Below, one piece after another: positions 54,498 to 57,452 of a stretch of 57,452 nucleotides of DNA. Source of the DNA: Parvularculaceae bacterium. GTDB lineage: Bacteria > Pseudomonadota > Alphaproteobacteria > Caulobacterales > Parvularculaceae. The notes below the pieces were generated by a model that searched no databases, was not told the DNA's origin, and was given only the letters and a program-made list of their open reading frames with translations. The stretch is from contig JBEBFW010000001.1 of NCBI GenBank assembly GCA_040081755.1, forward strand, positions 1 through 57,452, in the 5' to 3' direction. Made by a program: the position numbers and the translations under genes. The first letter of the stretch is position 1. The number at the start of each line of letters is the position of its first letter.

Positions 54498-55796
54498 TCA
54501 CTCCGCCGCGACGGCGACATGCGGCCGATCGTTCCGATAACTGTTGATGCGGCTCTCTATCTCGCCGCGGAAATGGCGGATCAAGCCCTGCACCGGCCAG
54601 GCGGCCGCGTCGCCGAGCGCACAAATTGTGTGGCCTTCGACCTGCGACGCGACATCGAGCAGCTTGTCGATTTCGGCGGTCGTCGAATCGCCGACGGCCA
54701 TGCGTTCGAGCACACGCCACATCCAGCCCGTGCCCTCGCGGCATGGCGTGCACTGGCCGCAGCTTTCGTGCTTGTAGAAATAGGAGATGCGCGCGATGGC
54801 GCGCACCACATCCGTCGATTTGTCCATGACGATGACGGCCGCCGTGCCGAGACCGGACTTCACGTCGCGCAGCGCGTCGAAATCCATCAGCACCTCATCG
54901 CAGGTCGAAGCCGGTATGAGCGGCACGGACGATCCACCTGGAATGACGGCCTTCAGGTTGTGCCAGCCGCCCCTGACCCCGCCGCAATGCTCCTCGATCA
55001 GAGTCTTCAAGGGGATCGACATCGCCTCTTCGACGTTGCACGGGCGCTCGACGTGGCCCGAGATGCAATAGACCTTGGTGCCTGAATTGTTGGCGCGGCC
55101 GAACGAAGTGAACCACTTCGCGCCGCGCCGCAGAATGGTCGGCACGACGGCGATCGATTCGACATTGTTGACGGTCGTCGGGCAGCCATAAAGGCCGGCG
55201 CCCGCCGGAAACGGCGGCTTCAGGCGCGGCTGGCCCTTCTTGCCTTCAAGGCTCTCAAGGAGCGCCGTCTCCTCGCCGCAGATATAGGCGCCGGCGCCGT
55301 GATGAACGTAGATCTCGAAATCGAAGCCGGAACCGCAGGCGTTCTTGCCGACACGGCCCGCCGCATAAGCCTCGTCGATCGCCTTCTGCAGCGCGAGGCG
55401 CTCGTCGACATATTCGCCGCGAATGTAGATGTAGCAGACGTGCGCCTTCATCGCGAAGGCGGCGACGAGGCAGCCCTCGATGAAGAGATGCGGATCGTGA
55501 CGCATGATGTCGCGATCTTTGCAGGTGCCCGGCTCGGATTCGTCCGCGTTGACGACGAGGTAATGCGGGCGCTCGCCGACTTGCTTGGGCATGAACGACC
55601 ATTTGAGGCCGGTCGGGAAGCCGGCGCCCCCGCGGCCGCGGAGCCCAGAATCCTTCGTCTGCTGAATAATCCAGTCCGGCCCCATACGGAGGATATCGGC
55701 CGTGCCATTCCACGCGCCGCGCTTCTTCCCAGCGTCGAGCCCCGCCGAATGGCGGCCGTAGAGATTGGTGAAAATGCGGTCCTTGTCAGCGAGCAT
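54498..55796 (-). CDS. nuoF: NADH-quinone oxidoreductase subunit F
   Basis: [60 protein letters not shown]. Confidence 0.98.
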   Translation of the reverse strand: MLADKDRIFTNLYGRHSAGLDAGKKRGAWNGTADILRMGPDWIIQQTKDSGLRGRGGAGFPTGLKWSFMPKQVGERPHYLVVNADESEPGTCKDRDIMRHDPHLFIEGCLVAAFAMKAHVCYIYIRGEYVDERLALQKAIDEAYAAGRVGKNACGSGFDFEIYVHHGAGAYICGEETALLESLEGKKGQPRLKPPFPAGAGLYGCPTTVNNVESIAVVPTILRRGAKWFTSFGRANNSGTKVYCISGHVERPCNVEEAMSIPLKTLIEEHCGGVRGGWHNLKAVIPGGSSVPLIPASTCDEVLMDFDALRDVKSGLGTAAVIVMDKSTDVVRAIARISYFYKHESCGQCTPCREGTGWMWRVLERMAVGDSTTAEIDKLLDVASQVEGHTICALGDAAAWPVQGLIRHFRGEIESRINSYRNDRPHVAVAAE

Positions 55797-55801
55797 GATC
55801 G

Positions 55802-56338
55802 TCAATTTATGTAGTATACGGAGTAGCTTCCGCTCGAAGAGAGAGATTTGTAAAAGTCGGCATGGGATTGAACGCGAGTCGCGGTGACTTTCTCATCGCC
55901 CTTGTAATTGCTTTCGAGCCAGGTAATCGATCCGTTTTGATTGGATCCCACGATCGCAGTGTGAGGTATGATGCCTCCGCTGGCCGCCTTGAGCTCCATT
56001 TGGACAATCTCGCCAGCCTTCACGTTTTCGATGCGCGCACTCCGTCCGACAACGTGTCCGATGGTCTCGGGCGCCCACCTGCTGTTAGTCTGGTTAGAAG
56101 GCACCGTAACGTGCATGGACGTTGCTCTGGAGATCACGTCCCGAACCCAGACCTTGCATTGCCCGCCCGATTTGCCGTTGTCCGCCGCGCCGGCGCTTAT
56201 GATCCGCAAGTTGCGCTGTTGCTGGGTCAGCTTGTGCCATGCGGTTGCAGACGCGGCGGTCGGAGTATCGGCAATTGCCGACAGGCAAGGCAATGCCTGC
56301 GCCAAAGCGACAACCATCAGAACGATTACCGGTCTCAT
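55802..56338 (-). CDS. Secreted CHAP-like (Cys/His amidohydrolase) protein
   Basis: Signal peptide; GGQCKVWV...GEIV...PHTAIV...ITWLESNY follows the CHAP C-H-E pattern; more AT-rich codons than neighbours. Confidence 0.65.
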   Translation of the reverse strand: MRPVIVLMVVALAQALPCLSAIADTPTAASATAWHKLTQQQRNLRIISAGAADNGKSGGQCKVWVRDVISRATSMHVTVPSNQTNSRWAPETIGHVVGRSARIENVKAGEIVQMELKAASGGIIPHTAIVGSNQNGSITWLESNYKGDEKVTATRVQSHADFYKSLSSSGSYSVYYIN

Positions 56339-56805
56339 GTCCCATCACCCTTCGATTGTTCTGTATGCTTACCCGAAATATCGAACAGCTTCGCGGTCTG
56401 CGTCGCCGTGGCGACGATGTCGCCGGCTTCGTTCATGAGCGTCGCGCGCGTGAAGGCGGAGTTCTTGGTGAGATAGACGAGTTCGGCCTCGCAGATGAGC
56501 GGCTCGACGCCGGCGGGGCGGAGAAACTGCGTGTGGATATCGACGGAGGCCGGGCCCTTCGCCCCGTCGGTCAGCGCGACGACCATGGAGCCCATGGCGT
56601 CGTCCATCATGGCGACAAGCATGCCGCCCTGCACACCGCCGCGCGGATTGAGCATCTCCTTCGAGCCCATGAACCTGACGCGCATGCGGGAGCGCTCGCG
56701 GTCGATCGACAGGAATTCGTAGCCGAGAAACACGGCGCATGACGGCATCGGCAGGGTGTCGAGAACCGTCCCGGATTTCGCCCCGAAAGACGCGACGCTG
56801 CTCAT
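56335..56805 (-). CDS. PaaI family thioesterase
   Basis: LNPRGGVQGGMLVAMMDDAMG, FLRP. Confidence 0.88.
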   Translation of the reverse strand: MSSVASFGAKSGTVLDTLPMPSCAVFLGYEFLSIDRERSRMRVRFMGSKEMLNPRGGVQGGMLVAMMDDAMGSMVVALTDGAKGPASVDIHTQFLRPAGVEPLICEAELVYLTKNSAFTRATLMNEAGDIVATATQTAKLFDISGKHTEQSKGDGT

Positions 56806-57038
56806 TTCGCCGCGCCTTGCCCGGGCGGCGATTTCAAATGAGACGCCTTCTCACGCGTCCAGTTGAGAACCATCGGCGCAATAATGATCTGCGACCCGAT
56901 CAGCCCGCCGATGAGGTAGCTGAGGCGTCCGGTGACGACCCAGGCGGCGACGACAGCGGCGATGATCGCGGCTTCCAGCACGACGATCCCGATCAGCGCG
57001 CGGAGCGCTTCTTTCTTCTTGTCCTCGGGAGCGTCCAT
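56802..57038 (-). CDS. Small 2-TM hypothetical protein
   Basis: GAGGA RBS; two TM helices; ATGA overlap with the PaaI gene. Confidence 0.65.
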   Translation of the reverse strand: MDAPEDKKKEALRALIGIVVLEAAIIAAVVAAWVVTGRLSYLIGGLIGSQIIIAPMVLNWTREKASHLKSPPGQGAAK

Positions 57039-57042
57039 GCGA

Positions 57043-57366
57043 TCACTTCCTCAAGGGCGGGGTGAGAACGAGACGCACAGGACCAGTCACGCCAGCGCAT
57101 TGCGCGACCTGCTCTCGCCATCGCCTGCGCGCTTCAGTGTCGAGCCCCAGGACAGGCGTCGCAGAGGAAAATTCGGACGCGTCACGCACCATTTTCAGAT
57201 CGATGCAGGGCGGCGGCGCAATGACGCCCATGGTGAATTCGATTTCCGCCAGCGGACGAACGAGCGCCGGCCGCACCACTTCGGACAGTTTCACCGGCGG
57301 CGACGGGCCGCCGACGCCATAGGCCGCGGCGATCGTGAGCGCGGCCTTGAGGATCGCGTCATGCAT
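57043..57366 (-). CDS. Hypothetical protein
   Basis: AGGAGGAG RBS; fills the gap between the nuoE-like stop and the next gene. Confidence 0.55.
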   Translation of the reverse strand: MHDAILKAALTIAAAYGVGGPSPPVKLSEVVRPALVRPLAEIEFTMGVIAPPPCIDLKMVRDASEFSSATPVLGLDTEARRRWREQVAQCAGVTGPVRLVLTPPLRK

Positions 57367-57375
57367 CGGCTCCTC

Positions 57376-57452
57376 CTATTCAGCCGGCGCTTTGGGCGCC
57401 GAGTTCGGCAGGGCGACCGGCGCCGCGCGGCTGCCGTCATAGAGCGACGGAT
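57376..57452 (-). CDS. nuoE: 3' end of probable NADH-quinone oxidoreductase subunit E (partial)
   Basis: ..PSLYDGSRAAPVALPNSAPKAPAE* resembles the Caulobacter-type NuoE tail (DP.LYDGS..LPN); upstream of nuoF. Confidence 0.6.
   Translation of the reverse strand, partial: PSLYDGSRAAPVALPNSAPKAPAE

Overview
GC-rich alphaproteobacterial chromosomal segment. ccrM, flbT-flaF, CtrA boxes and a Caulobacter-like nuoE tail point to Caulobacterales/Parvularculales-like affinity (inference). Most of it is housekeeping or conserved: ccrM, a flagellin locus, rib genes, dnaG-rpoD, phr-cfa, cysK-sseA-metC, recN-ligA, mnmH/selD, glpX, hemA, tRNA-Phe and a broken-up nuoE/F/G region. No integrase, transposase or CRISPR array was seen. 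Most notable features: (1) an integrase-free islet (small ORF plus DUF4160/DUF2442 toxin-antitoxin-like pair) bracketed by two synonymously diverged copies of the last ~55 codons of rpoD, next to a divergent TIR-TM-FGE / tandem-SLATT-like gene pair; (2) an FMN-riboswitch/attenuator-led ribD-ribE-ribB-ribH operon with no ribA that ends in a divergent folE; (3) a gene-free, hairpin-rich ~350-nt region with its own sigma70 promoter and a boxA motif (candidate ncRNA); (4) a nuo operon interrupted by foreign-looking genes, including a CHAP-like secreted protein directly before nuoF. All calls come from reading motifs by eye; no database searches were run.
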